Shown: piece by piece, positions 36,895 through 46,513 of the stretch | Numbering within the stretch: the stretch's first letter is position 1 | Layout of the letters: every line of letters begins with the position of its first letter | Assembly (NCBI GenBank): GCA_964594835.1 | Contig: CAZQNA010000009.1 | Coordinates: forward strand, 1-50,592 | DNA from: an uncultured Nitrososphaerota archaeon | GTDB taxonomy: Archaea; Korarchaeota; Korarchaeia; Korarchaeales; Korarchaeaceae | Length of the DNA: 50,592 bases | Direction of reading: 5' to 3' | Translations under genes and position numbers: made by a program | The notes under the pieces: generated by a model | Databases searched by the model: none | Told to the model about the DNA's origin: nothing | Seen by the model: the letters and a program-made list of their open reading frames with translations, nothing else

Positions 36895-37317
36895 CTACCC
36901 CTCCTCAGATAAGAGCTTCTCGTACCCCTCGGGGGTGAGGAGCTGATCCCACTCCTCCTCGAGGTTCGTGGGCTCCAGGATCGCGATCCACCCCTCGCCA
37001 TACGGGTCCTCGACTATCACCTCGAGTTCTCCGGTGATCTCGGTCCCGCCCTCCTCTATGACGCCGGCGTCCGAGTTCAGCTCAACGACCCTCCCGCTGA
37101 CGGGCGCGTAGATGTCCTCCACGGCCTTGTTGCTCTCCACTAGGCCCAGCTTATCTCCCCTCCTCACCTCAGATCCTATCGGCCTCACCTCAACGTAGGT
37201 GATGTCTCCCAGGGAGTCTATGGCGTGCTTGGTGAGTCCCACCCTGACCCGTCCGTCCTCCAGCTTGGCCCACTCGTGGGTATTGGTATACTTGCGGTCC
37301 CTCGGAACCTGCTCCAA
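36895..37317 (-). CDS. gcvH: Glycine cleavage system H protein
   Basis: YTNTHEW, LGDITYVE, lipoyl-Lys VESNKA, YAPVSG, DPYGEGWI. Confidence 0.93.
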   Translation of the reverse strand: MEQVPRDRKYTNTHEWAKLEDGRVRVGLTKHAIDSLGDITYVEVRPIGSEVRRGDKLGLVESNKAVEDIYAPVSGRVVELNSDAGVIEEGGTEITGELEVIVEDPYGEGWIAILEPTNLEEEWDQLLTPEGYEKLLSEEG

Positions 37318-37369
37318 GCCTCCACACCCGATGAACCGGCCCGCCGCCCCAACTTTAGAACGTTAACGC

Positions 37370-38302
37370 TCACAGCAGCACCTCGACGTCCGCCAGCCCA
37401 GCCTCTGTTATGGCAAATAGGGCCTCCCCGGGGGGGAGGTGGGACGAGTCGACTACCTTGAGTATTCTCCGGTTTCCCACGGAGCGCCTGATCAGGAGGA
37501 CGGGGTCCGGGGCGTGGCCCAGGACGTATCCACCGGCCGGGCCGTAGGACTCAGTTCTCCCGGCCTTACCGACGACGTGGTTCGTGATCACGCAGAGGGC
37601 GCCCAGATCCGCCATCCTCGCCAGCTCTCCGATCGCCGCCGAGAGCCTCTGTTGCCTCTCGGCGAGTGAGGCGAGGCCGGAGTACTCGTGCCTGAAGGGG
37701 GAGAGGAGGGAGTCAACCACCACCAGCGAGGCGCCGCCTCTGACCTGCTCCCTCGCCCTGTTCAGGGAGACGAGCAGCGCCTCCACCGTGCGAACCTGCG
37801 CCACCGACACCCGGCGCAGGACGGACTCCGGGTCCAGCCCCCTGGCCTTGGCCATGGCGGAGACCCTCTCCGGGGAGAAGCCCCCCTCAGTATCGACGTA
37901 GACCACGGAACCACCCAACCCGCCTTCCCTGGGGGGGAGGAGCGCGTTGATGGAGAGGTGGAGGGCCATCTGGGTCTTGCCGACCCCAGGCTCGCCGTAC
38001 ACCTCCACCAGCGAACCGACGGGGAGCCCCCCCTCCAGGAGCTCATCCAGCGACCTTACCAGGAACCTGAGGAGCCTCCTGGGGGTTCGGGCCACCTCCA
38101 TGGCCGACCTCAGCCTCACCGTGGCCTCGGCTGCCAGGCGGACTATCTCCCTCGCCAGCCTCGCGTCCAACCCGCAGGTCTCCGCCAGGACCTTGGGGGG
38201 GACCAGGGAGAGCTCCTCTACTGTTGAGAACTCGGCGGACACACTATCCGCCACCCACTCCGGGTACCCTCTGGCCCTCAAGAACTCGCGAACGTCTCTC
38301 AC
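37370..38302 (-). CDS. RadA-like recombinase, divergent paralog
   Basis: GEPGVGKTQ, YVDTEGGFSPER, VVDS, LAERQQ, VDSSHLP; N-terminal HhH-like domain. Confidence 0.85.
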   Translation of the reverse strand: MRDVREFLRARGYPEWVADSVSAEFSTVEELSLVPPKVLAETCGLDARLAREIVRLAAEATVRLRSAMEVARTPRRLLRFLVRSLDELLEGGLPVGSLVEVYGEPGVGKTQMALHLSINALLPPREGGLGGSVVYVDTEGGFSPERVSAMAKARGLDPESVLRRVSVAQVRTVEALLVSLNRAREQVRGGASLVVVDSLLSPFRHEYSGLASLAERQQRLSAAIGELARMADLGALCVITNHVVGKAGRTESYGPAGGYVLGHAPDPVLLIRRSVGNRRILKVVDSSHLPPGEALFAITEAGLADVEVLL

Positions 38303-38303
38303 G

Positions 38304-38783
38304 TCACAACCACCTCTTGAGGCCCAGGAGCACCGCGGCGGCGTTGGCCACCACGTGGGCGAAGGGGGTGACCAGCACCGCCGTCAGCAGGATGTCGGCC
38401 GTGGGCCTCTCCAGGGGGTAGACCATGACGAGGGCCACGAGGATGAACCCAAGCTGATCCAGCCCGGGGGCCTGGTCACCAGGCCTCAAGTCGAGACGCC
38501 TCTTTATGAAAGAGCCCGCGGCGTCCCCCAGCATGCTGCCCAGGCCCATCAGAAAGCCCGCCAGGGTCCTCTTCTGAGCCGCGCCCACCACGGTCCCGAG
38601 GAGGACACCGGAAATAAATCCTCTGACGGTCTTGTGCTTCCCAAAGATCGGTCTGCCATCCTTCCAGGTCCTGCCCCCGTCCAGCGGAGGGCCGCCGCCG
38701 AAGATGACGGGGGCGGCGTTGGCGAAGTACGCCGGGAGGACTAACCACAGTGCGTCCCTGACGAGGGCCACGATCTGGTCCAT
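38304..38783 (-). CDS. carS: CDP-archaeol synthase
   Basis: PAYFANAAPV, DGRPIFGKHKTVRG, GDAAGSFIKRR, LDQLGF. Confidence 0.93.
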   Translation of the reverse strand: MDQIVALVRDALWLVLPAYFANAAPVIFGGGPPLDGGRTWKDGRPIFGKHKTVRGFISGVLLGTVVGAAQKRTLAGFLMGLGSMLGDAAGSFIKRRLDLRPGDQAPGLDQLGFILVALVMVYPLERPTADILLTAVLVTPFAHVVANAAAVLLGLKRWL

Positions 38784-38816
38784 TTGGGTCGTGTTGGGTG
38801 GGCTGTGAATCTCGAT

Positions 38817-39443
38817 TTAAAGGAGCACGGGGCCGCTGTCGCCGAGCCTCAGCCTGACCTCAACGCCCTCGGCGGGCCCCTTCTCGACAACCAACCTTCT
38901 CAGGCCAGACTCGTCCCTTTCGACGAGTATGGAGGCGGAGATCAGCTTCTTGAGGGCCCGGCCTCCCACGGGGTAGCCCTCGACCGTGTCGTCGACCACG
39001 ACGATGCACGCGACGCCGGCCCTCTCGGCGTAGGCTCGGATCATGGCGGCGGATGCCAGCATCTCCCTGTAGGCCCTAGATCTGACCTTCACTTCGTCGG
39101 GCCTGGATCTCGACGCCACGGAAATGAAGATTGAGGAGAGCTCGTCGACTATGAGGCTCGGCGGGGAGTGCCCGGCGCGGCCGACGACTATCGGGACGAG
39201 GAGACCCCTCAGCCTGGAGGGAGGTGAGAGGACCACCCTCACCCTCTCTGCCTCCCGACCGCCGGTTAGCGAGTAGAGCCTCGCCGTCCCCTCGCCTGAG
39301 GGGGAGGTGTCAAAGTAGATGACGTCAGATCCGGCGCCCGCCATCTCGATGGCCAATAGCGCCGCCGACGTGGTCTTCCCTGATCCCGGAAGGCCGTGCA
39401 GCAGTGTGAGCCCCGCGGGAATCCCGAGGAGGTCTCTGAGCAC
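38817..39443 (-). CDS. radB: RadB-like RecA-fold ATPase
   Basis: GLPGSGKTT, IYFDT, LIVDELS, PVGG; no N-terminal domain; GTG 39443 below a TTAAAA box. Confidence 0.6.
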   Translation of the reverse strand: MLRDLLGIPAGLTLLHGLPGSGKTTSAALLAIEMAGAGSDVIYFDTSPSGEGTARLYSLTGGREAERVRVVLSPPSRLRGLLVPIVVGRAGHSPPSLIVDELSSIFISVASRSRPDEVKVRSRAYREMLASAAMIRAYAERAGVACIVVVDDTVEGYPVGGRALKKLISASILVERDESGLRRLVVEKGPAEGVEVRLRLGDSGPVLL

Positions 39444-39498
39444 CGAGGCCAGGCTTGTCCTGTCAACTTTTAACGCGAACCCCAGGGGGTCCAGTCCC

Positions 39499-40611
39499 GT
39501 GAGGGGGCCGGTCGGGCTGATAGTGAATCCCATAGCCGGGCTCGGGGGTCCAGCGGGCTTCAAGGGGACCGACGCCCCCTGGGTCGTTGAGAGGGCTCTG
39601 AGCCTCGGATACAGGCCCACGTCACCCGAGAAGGCGGCTAGGGCAGTCAGGACCCTAGTGGAGAGGCTACCCCAGGTGGAGTTCCTGTGCCCCAGGGGCG
39701 TGATGGGGGAGGACGTCCTGAGGGGAGTCGGCGCCCGCGTCGAGAGGGTCCTGGACGTGCCCACCTCCGACCGGACGACCCCAGAGGACACGAGGACGTC
39801 GGCGCGGGAGATGGCCGAGGAGGGGGTGGCGCTGATACTGTTCTGCGGCGGAGACGGGACGGCCTCCGACATAGTGGAGGTCGTCGACAGGAGGACGCCC
39901 CTGCTGGGCATACCCGCCGGGGTGAAGATGTTCTCGGGAGTATTCGCCTACTCCCCAGAGGACGCCGGTCTCCTCGCCGCCGACTACCTGGCGGGAAGGG
40001 TCGGCCTCAGGGTGGGGGAGGTGGTCGACGCATCGGAGGACCTCTACAGGGGCGGCCAGCTGAGGCTGGAGCTTAGGGGGTATGCGCTCACCCCGGACGA
40101 TCCGTCGCGGGTTCAGGGCACCAAGGAGCCGACTCACGCGACCGACGAGGCGGTGTACGATGGGATCGCGGCCTACCTGAGGGAGGTGATGGACCCGGGG
40201 ACCATGTACATCCTCGGCCCCGGTTCGACGGTCCTGAAGGTGGCCGAGCGGCTGGGAATCGAGAAGACCCCCCTCGGAGTCGACGTCGTCCTGGGAGGGA
40301 GACTAGTAGCAAGGGACGTCGGGGCCCGTGAGCTGGAGGCCATCGCGCTCAGGCACCGGGGTCCCGTGAAGCTGATCCTGACTCCGGTGGGGGGATCGGG
40401 CGTGCTGCTCGGGAGGGGGAACCAGCAGATCTCCAAGAGGGTCCTGGAGAGACTGAGAAAGAGCGACCTGATAGTGATCTCCCACCCGGTGAAGCTGGCG
40501 GGCTTGAGGGAACTCAGGCTCGACGTGGATCGCGAACTCAGGGAAAGGTTCACGGGGTACGTGAGGGTCGTAACGGGGTACAGGGAGGAGACCATGATCA
40601 GGGTCCGGTGA
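39499..40611 (+). CDS. ATP-NAD kinase/AcoX family protein
   Basis: GLIVNPIAGLGG, KGTD, GGDGTA, GIPAGVKM, GRGNQQIS. Confidence 0.88.
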   Translation: MRGPVGLIVNPIAGLGGPAGFKGTDAPWVVERALSLGYRPTSPEKAARAVRTLVERLPQVEFLCPRGVMGEDVLRGVGARVERVLDVPTSDRTTPEDTRTSAREMAEEGVALILFCGGDGTASDIVEVVDRRTPLLGIPAGVKMFSGVFAYSPEDAGLLAADYLAGRVGLRVGEVVDASEDLYRGGQLRLELRGYALTPDDPSRVQGTKEPTHATDEAVYDGIAAYLREVMDPGTMYILGPGSTVLKVAERLGIEKTPLGVDVVLGGRLVARDVGARELEAIALRHRGPVKLILTPVGGSGVLLGRGNQQISKRVLERLRKSDLIVISHPVKLAGLRELRLDVDRELRERFTGYVRVVTGYREETMIRVR

Positions 40612-40653
40612 GCTCGCGGGGGTTCGTCGCCCCCAAATAATGGGGAGGGAGGG

Positions 40654-41907
40654 TCAGTCGAACCTCATCACGGTCGTTACAGACTGGACTATGTCCAAGA
40701 TCACCTCCTTTGGCACCGGCTCCTCTCGTATGCCCATCAATTTTCTCGTCACGGGATCCACGATGGCGGGGACCTTGTGCCTCTGCGTGATTATGATGTT
40801 GGGGGTCCTGATTCCCGAGAACAGGAGGATCACCCTGACCCTGTCGCCCAGGGAGGGGTCTATGTCGGCGCCCCACTTGAACACGGCGTTGGGGGCGAGC
40901 TTCGACGACACTATCTCGGCCGCCTTGTGGACCTCCTCCAAGGTCATGCTCTTCCCGCCGAGCACGACCAGTATAGCTCCCCTCGCCCCGTCGGGCCTGA
41001 AGTCGACCAGCGGGTTCTCCATGGCCATCCTTATGGCGGCCTCTATCCTCTCACCCTTCCTGCCCCCGGCCTCGCCTATGCCCACCGCGGCCAGGCCCCC
41101 GGCGCTCATCAACGCCCTGATGTCCGCGTAGTCCACGTTCACCAAGGCCCTCTTGGTTATGATCTCCGTGATCCCCTTGACCATGATGGCGAGGAAGTAG
41201 TCCGCGACGGCGAACGCCTCGTCCAGGGGGAGGTTCTTGAACCTCAGGAGCTTGTCGTTGTATATCGTGACTATGGTGTCGGAGTACTCCGCGAGCCTCT
41301 TGACCCCCTCGGCTGCCTTGGCCATCCTGGGCTTGCCCTCGCTCTTGAAGGGCAGGGTCACGACGGAGATCACTATGGCCCCCTTGTCCTTCGCGATCTT
41401 GGCCACGACGGGGGCCGCGCCTGTTCCGGTCCCGCCCCCCATGCCGGCGGCGATGAAGACCAGGTCCGGTCTCTTTCCGAGAGCGTCGGCTATGAGGTGC
41501 GCGTCCTTCTCGGCGCAGGCCCTCCCGATCTCCGGGTACCCGCCGGCGCCCAGCCCGCCGGTTATGGACTCCCCGATGAGGACCTTGACGTGCGCGTTGA
41601 TCTCGTCGAGATGCTTCTTGTCCGTGTTTATCGCGACGGCCTTCGCGCCGGTTATGCCCACCTTCATGATGGTGTTCACGGTGTTGCACCCGGCGCCGCC
41701 GACGCCTATGATGACTATGTTGGCCTCTCCGACCTCGGGCGAGGAGGCGCCGAGAATGTCCGCGTAGAAGTCTGGGCCTTCGTCTCCACGGGACTCCGAC
41801 TTCATGATCCTCCTTATCATGCTCAGGGGATCGTCGTCTCCCGGGGGCTCGGGGCCGCTCAACTCGGACCTGAGTCGGAGCGCGTCCTCAATCATCTTGG
41901 CCATCAC
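40654..41907 (-). CDS. ftsZ: Cell division protein FtsZ (FtsZ2-type, cdrS-linked)
   Basis: GVGGAGCN, NTD, GMGGGTGTG, NVDYAD. Confidence 0.95.
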   Translation of the reverse strand: MMAKMIEDALRLRSELSGPEPPGDDDPLSMIRRIMKSESRGDEGPDFYADILGASSPEVGEANIVIIGVGGAGCNTVNTIMKVGITGAKAVAINTDKKHLDEINAHVKVLIGESITGGLGAGGYPEIGRACAEKDAHLIADALGKRPDLVFIAAGMGGGTGTGAAPVVAKIAKDKGAIVISVVTLPFKSEGKPRMAKAAEGVKRLAEYSDTIVTIYNDKLLRFKNLPLDEAFAVADYFLAIMVKGITEIITKRALVNVDYADIRALMSAGGLAAVGIGEAGGRKGERIEAAIRMAMENPLVDFRPDGARGAILVVLGGKSMTLEEVHKAAEIVSSKLAPNAVFKWGADIDPSLGDRVRVILLFSGIRTPNIIITQRHKVPAIVDPVTRKLMGIREEPVPKEVILDIVQSVTTVMRFD

Positions 41908-42134
41908 GAACCACCTCCCTCAGGGGGGTAAGAGCCGATGAGCTGGTGTCTGCTGAGGATGAACTCCCTGAGGGCGTCTCGTATGAGTTCACTCCTGGTG
42001 GAGTATCCGAGCGCATCTCTCAGCGCCTCAAGCTGGTTGAGGAGGGTGAGGGGGAGCTTCACAGAAACTACAGCGGGGGAGAAGACGGCATCCGACCCAG
42101 ACCTCCTGGGCCGATACTCCTCGGACATACTCAT
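41904..42134 (-). CDS. cdrS: Ribbon-helix-helix regulator, CdrS-like
   Basis: VSVKLP...GYSTRSELIRDALREF; GTGA-coupled to ftsZ. Confidence 0.8.
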   Translation of the reverse strand: MSMSEEYRPRRSGSDAVFSPAVVSVKLPLTLLNQLEALRDALGYSTRSELIRDALREFILSRHQLIGSYPPEGGGS

Positions 42135-42139
42135 ACACT

Positions 42140-42163
42140 CCCGCGGGTTTAATACCCCGCGGG
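42140..42163. repeat. Two CCCGCGGG palindromes separated by TTTAATAC
   Basis: Read directly just upstream of cdrS. Confidence 0.6.
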
Positions 42164-42445
42164 TCGGCTCTAACTGCCCCTCCGAAATTAAAGGGTTGTC
42201 GGAATGCCTGGCGAATGGCTCAGAACAGGCGGCAAGGGAGTTGATCGCGGAGGGAAGAAGTTCGCTCATCACGACACATAAGCATAGTTTCATTTGGATT
42301 AGAAGAGAAGGAAGATGCATGGAAATAGACAACCATAGATGTTCTTTCACGCATCAAGCGAAAGAATCAAGTGAGAGTGAGGAAGGAAGACCGATCATCT
42401 GACCAAGTATCTATATTAAAGTTAATTTCAGGTCCTTCAGGCCGA

Positions 42446-42537
42446 CCGTCGAGAGAGGGCGGATGTTGGTGAAAGTTTCACGCGAAAGTTTCATGATGCA
42501 CCCCTTGAAGCCCCTTACTGTGCCGGGGGGTCGACGG
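42446..42537 (+). other. Candidate structured RNA or operator with tandem GAAAGTTTCA repeats
   Basis: CCGTCGA/TCGACGG closing stem; GTGAAAGTTTCAC and GCGAAAGTTTCAT inside; TATA-like box at 42412-42420. Confidence 0.4.
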
Positions 42538-42581
42538 CGCAGGGCGTTAAGTTATAGCTGAGGCGGTCGGAAGACCTACGG

Positions 42582-43994
42582 TTGACCTTGAGGGGGAAGG
42601 AGATCGAAGGTTCGGATCGGATACGTCCTATATCTGGGCTGATACCGAATTGGAGCGAAGAAATCGTTGAAGAGATGCTGAGGGAGATGGGGGCGAAGTC
42701 CATAGACGAGCTGTTCCGGGACGTCCCGGAGAAGGTCCTCCTCACGGAGCCCCCCGACGTTGGAGCCGGGGGAGATGAAGTCACCGTGGAGAGCGAGGCC
42801 CTCAGGGTGCTGGGGGAGAATGTTGGAGCGTGGACCACCAGGTGCTTCATGGGGGGCGGTGCCTGGGACCACTACGTCCCGGCGCTCGTGGACGAGGTCT
42901 CGGGGAAGCAGGAGTTCTACACCGCCTACACGCCCTATCAGCCCGAGATCTCCCAGGGCTCCCTTCAGGCCCTATTTGAGTATCAGTCACTCATTTGCGA
43001 GCTCACGGGGATGGAGGCGGCCAACTCATCACTCTACGACTGGTCCACGGCCCTCGGGGAGGCCGCCAGGATGGCGCTCAGGGTGACGAGGCGGCGCGTG
43101 ATCGTCGCCCCCAGGAGCGCGCACCCCGAGAGGCTCGAGGTCCTCAGGACTTACGTCTGCCCCCACGCCGAGATCAGGCTGATCGACTTCGACGGCGAGA
43201 GGGGGCTCATCCCGCTCGACCGGATCGAGGCGGCTGTGGACGAGGACACCGCCATGGTGTACCTGGAGTATCCGAACTTCTTCGGTGTGGCGGAGGAGCC
43301 GATCGAGGGGGCGGCAGACGTGGTTCACCGCGCTGGGGGCCTCATGGTGGTAGGAGTAGATCCGTCCGCCCTCGGAGTGCTCAAGGCGCCGGGGGAGATG
43401 AGGGCGGACGTGGTCGTCGGGGAGGGCCAGCCCCTGGGACTCTACATGAGCTACGGGGGACCGTACCTGGGGATCTTTGCCATAAGAGACGATCCAAGGC
43501 TCATTCGGCAGCTCCCAGGGAGGGTCATAGGGATGACTCGGTCCTTCGACGGGAGGAGGGGGTACGTCATGACCCTCCAGACCAGGGAGCAGCACATTCG
43601 ACAGGAGAGGGCCACCTCAAATATCACGACCAACGAGGCCCTCATGGCCATCAGGGCTGCTGTCTACCTGGCGCTCCTGGGGCCGAGCGGCATCCGCACG
43701 CTGGGGGAGAAGATAGTGACCAACTCCCGCTACCTCCAGCGGAGGATCAACGAGTTACCAGGTCTATCGGCGCCCAGATTCAGCTCCTTCCACTTCAAGG
43801 AGTTCCTGGTCTCGGGAGAGTCCGTGAGGTGGGAGGACGTAACGAGGAGGCTGATCAGGAGGGGGTTCATGATTGGCCCCTGGGCCGGGAGGTGGTTCCC
43901 GGAGCTCAGGGACAGCGTCCTCATAGCGACCACCGAGAGGCACTCCAAGGCCGACCTGGACGCGCTGGTCGAGGCGCTGGGGGAGGTGATCTGA
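42582..43994 (+). CDS. gcvPA: Glycine dehydrogenase subunit 1
   Basis: [36 protein letters not shown]. Confidence 0.95.
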   Translation: MTLRGKEIEGSDRIRPISGLIPNWSEEIVEEMLREMGAKSIDELFRDVPEKVLLTEPPDVGAGGDEVTVESEALRVLGENVGAWTTRCFMGGGAWDHYVPALVDEVSGKQEFYTAYTPYQPEISQGSLQALFEYQSLICELTGMEAANSSLYDWSTALGEAARMALRVTRRRVIVAPRSAHPERLEVLRTYVCPHAEIRLIDFDGERGLIPLDRIEAAVDEDTAMVYLEYPNFFGVAEEPIEGAADVVHRAGGLMVVGVDPSALGVLKAPGEMRADVVVGEGQPLGLYMSYGGPYLGIFAIRDDPRLIRQLPGRVIGMTRSFDGRRGYVMTLQTREQHIRQERATSNITTNEALMAIRAAVYLALLGPSGIRTLGEKIVTNSRYLQRRINELPGLSAPRFSSFHFKEFLVSGESVRWEDVTRRLIRRGFMIGPWAGRWFPELRDSVLIATTERHSKADLDALVEALGEVI

Positions 43995-45578
43995 GTGGCG
44001 GAGGGAGAGAGGGGAATGGCGGCGGAGGAGCAGGGAGGATTCAGACAGGCCAGGTGGGCGGAGAGCTCCGAGGTTCTGGAGCCGACGCTGTTTGAACTCT
44101 CTCACGGAGGCGGATACTACCGCTTCGACGTAGAGCAAGACCTTCTCAGGGAGCTGGGGGTATCATCCCCGGAGGAGCTGATCCCCCCCGACCTCAGGCG
44201 GGATAGGCTCGACCTACCATCCCTGTCGGCTCCGGAGGTCGCGAGACACTTCTCTAGACTGGCGCAGATGAACTACGGGGTTGACAGCGGCTCCTACTGG
44301 CTCGGCTCGTGCACGATGAAGTACAACCCCAAGCTCCACGAGAGGCTGGCTTCCCTGCCCCAGGTGACCAGGCTCCACCCCTACCAGCCGGAGGAGACCG
44401 TCCAGGGCGCCCTGAGGATAATGTACGAGTTGGGCGAGATGCTGGCCAGACTGACCGGGCTGCCCCACTATACGCTCCAGCCCGCGGCAGGGGCCCACGG
44501 GGAGTTCACGGGGGCCCTGATCATAAGGGCCTACCACCGGGACCTTGGAGAGGATCGGAGAGACGAGATGCTGATTCCCGTATCCGCCCACGGGTCGAAC
44601 TTCGCGAGCGCGGCCATGGCCGGCTTCAAGGTCGTCAAGATCCCCAGCGACGAGAGGGGGAGGGTGGACATGGCCGCCCTCAGGGAGGCCGTCGGGGAGC
44701 GCACAGCCGGCATGATGCTCACGAACCCCAACACGCTCGGCCTGTTCGAGACCGACATGCTGGAGATGGCCGACCTAGTCCACGGGGCGGGGGGCCTCAT
44801 ATACTACGACGGCGCCAACCTCAACGCCATCCTGGGGAGGGTCCTGCTCTCCGACCTGGGGGTCGACGTCGCGCACCTCAACCTCCACAAGACGTTCTCC
44901 GCCCCTCACGGTTCCGGCGGGCCTGGGGCCGGGGCGGTGGGGGTGACCGAATCGTTGAGGGACTTCCTTCCGGTCCCCGTCGTCAGGAGGGGGGAGGAGG
45001 GATACTACCTGGACTTCTCCCTGCCGAAGACCATAGGTAGGGTGAGGGCCTTCTACGGGAACTTCGGCGTCGTCGTCAAGGCCTGGGCCTACCTGAAGCG
45101 GCTGGGCTCAGAGGGCCTCAGAGCCGTCTCCGGCGCCGCGGTGCTCAACGCGAACTACGTGCTCAGCAGGCTGAGGTCCCTCAGGGGGGTGTCCATACAG
45201 TACGGGGAGGGAGATCCCTGCAAGCACGAATTCGTCGTGAGCCTTAGGACCCTGAGGAGAGAGACGGGCGTCAGGGCCCTGGACGTGGCCAAGAGGCTTC
45301 TGGACCTCGGAGTGCACCCGCCAACCATGTACTTCCCGCTCATAGTCGAGGAGGCGCTGATGATAGAGCCGACCGAGTCGGACAGCAAGAGGGAGCTCGA
45401 CAGGTACGTGGCGGCGCTTGAGAGGGCGCTCAGAGAGGCCTACGAGAACCCGAGGGTCCTGAAGGAGGCGCCCCATAACACCGCCATAGGGAGGCTCGAC
45501 GAAGTGTCGGCGGCCCGGAGGCCTATCCTAAGCTGGCGGATGTATGAGAGGCGGCGCAAAGAGGCTGAGAACGAGTAG
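43995..45578 (+). CDS. gcvPB: Glycine dehydrogenase subunit 2
   Basis: LGSCTMKYNP, QPAAGAHGE, HLNLHKTF (PLP Lys), MIEPTES. Confidence 0.96.
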   Translation: MAEGERGMAAEEQGGFRQARWAESSEVLEPTLFELSHGGGYYRFDVEQDLLRELGVSSPEELIPPDLRRDRLDLPSLSAPEVARHFSRLAQMNYGVDSGSYWLGSCTMKYNPKLHERLASLPQVTRLHPYQPEETVQGALRIMYELGEMLARLTGLPHYTLQPAAGAHGEFTGALIIRAYHRDLGEDRRDEMLIPVSAHGSNFASAAMAGFKVVKIPSDERGRVDMAALREAVGERTAGMMLTNPNTLGLFETDMLEMADLVHGAGGLIYYDGANLNAILGRVLLSDLGVDVAHLNLHKTFSAPHGSGGPGAGAVGVTESLRDFLPVPVVRRGEEGYYLDFSLPKTIGRVRAFYGNFGVVVKAWAYLKRLGSEGLRAVSGAAVLNANYVLSRLRSLRGVSIQYGEGDPCKHEFVVSLRTLRRETGVRALDVAKRLLDLGVHPPTMYFPLIVEEALMIEPTESDSKRELDRYVAALERALREAYENPRVLKEAPHNTAIGRLDEVSAARRPILSWRMYERRRKEAENE

Positions 45579-46460
45579 GAATACTCCAATCGACAGGATG
45601 GCGCCCACCAGCTGGGGCTCGGTCATCCTCCGCATCCTGAGGATGAGGCCGATGAGGGAGAGGTGCGGGGGCGGGGTCAGCCTGCCGTCGGGCAGGACCC
45701 CCGACCTCCCCCTGACGGAGGTCGCCCCCCACCTCGACACCTTCAGGAGGAAGTCGAGGGCGTGGGGAATCAGCATCAGGATGAGGATCCAGTCCATGCC
45801 CGAGACCAGCGCAAGCGAGGCCAGGTAGCCGCCCATGTAGAAGGTGCCCACGTTTCCGGGGAAGGCCCTCGCCGGGTAGAGGTTGTGCCTGAGGAAGGGG
45901 AGCAGGGAGACCAGCAGGACGGCGGCGGCCGCGAGCGAGGCGGCGTCCCCTCTCTCCCAGGCGTGGATCGCGAGGGCCGCCGCGACTAGAGAGGAGTAGC
46001 CGGCCTCGACCCCGTTGAATCCCGCCAGGATGTTCACCGCGTTGACCGAGAACGTTCCCAGAACGGCGGCCCAGATCGGAAAAGCCCACGGGGGCAGCGT
46101 CACCCAGAGGATCTGCCTGGGCTGCGGGGGGATCAGGAGGAAGGGTACGGCAGCGAGGATCACCTTCTCGAGGTTGGACAGGCCCGCGTGATCGTCGTAT
46201 AGCCCGATAGCGGCGTGGAAGAGCGGGGCGGACAGGACGAAGCCCACGCCCACATCCCTCGCCAGCGCGGCGAGGGTCGCGACCCCTCCGGCCGCCCCGA
46301 CCGCTGAGGGAATCGCTCCAACGCTGACGCAGCGGCGGTCCCCCGGCTTGTGGACGTCGGGCGCGAGCCACCCCCTGGACTCACAGAGCGCGAGCCACCT
46401 CTCCTGGCCCGCGGTCGCCACCACCAGAGAGACCAGGGGGGGCAGGATCCACTCGATCAT
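45528..46460 (-). CDS. GPT/MraY-family polyprenyl-phosphate HexNAc-1-P transferase, paralog 1
   Basis: DVHKP, GLYDD, NAVNILAGFNG, YPARAFPGNVG. Confidence 0.85.
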   Translation of the reverse strand: MIEWILPPLVSLVVATAGQERWLALCESRGWLAPDVHKPGDRRCVSVGAIPSAVGAAGGVATLAALARDVGVGFVLSAPLFHAAIGLYDDHAGLSNLEKVILAAVPFLLIPPQPRQILWVTLPPWAFPIWAAVLGTFSVNAVNILAGFNGVEAGYSSLVAAALAIHAWERGDAASLAAAAVLLVSLLPFLRHNLYPARAFPGNVGTFYMGGYLASLALVSGMDWILILMLIPHALDFLLKVSRWGATSVRGRSGVLPDGRLTPPPHLSLIGLILRMRRMTEPQLVGAILSIGVFLLVLSLFAPPLIHPPA

Positions 46461-46513
46461 CCTCCGGTCCCGTGAATCCCCATTTAATAAACGGCGGGGT
46501 GGGGGTCGAGCGA

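Noticed and set aside
20961-38302. Inteins in RtcB, Top6, Hef or the RadA-like protein
   Set aside because: Lengths are normal and motifs are uninterrupted
38815-38834. GGCCCCG upstream of the carS TATA; other GGCCCCGC hits near 51, 1444, 27235 and 49281
   Set aside because: Wrong spacing or no adjacent TATA; most lie inside coding sequence
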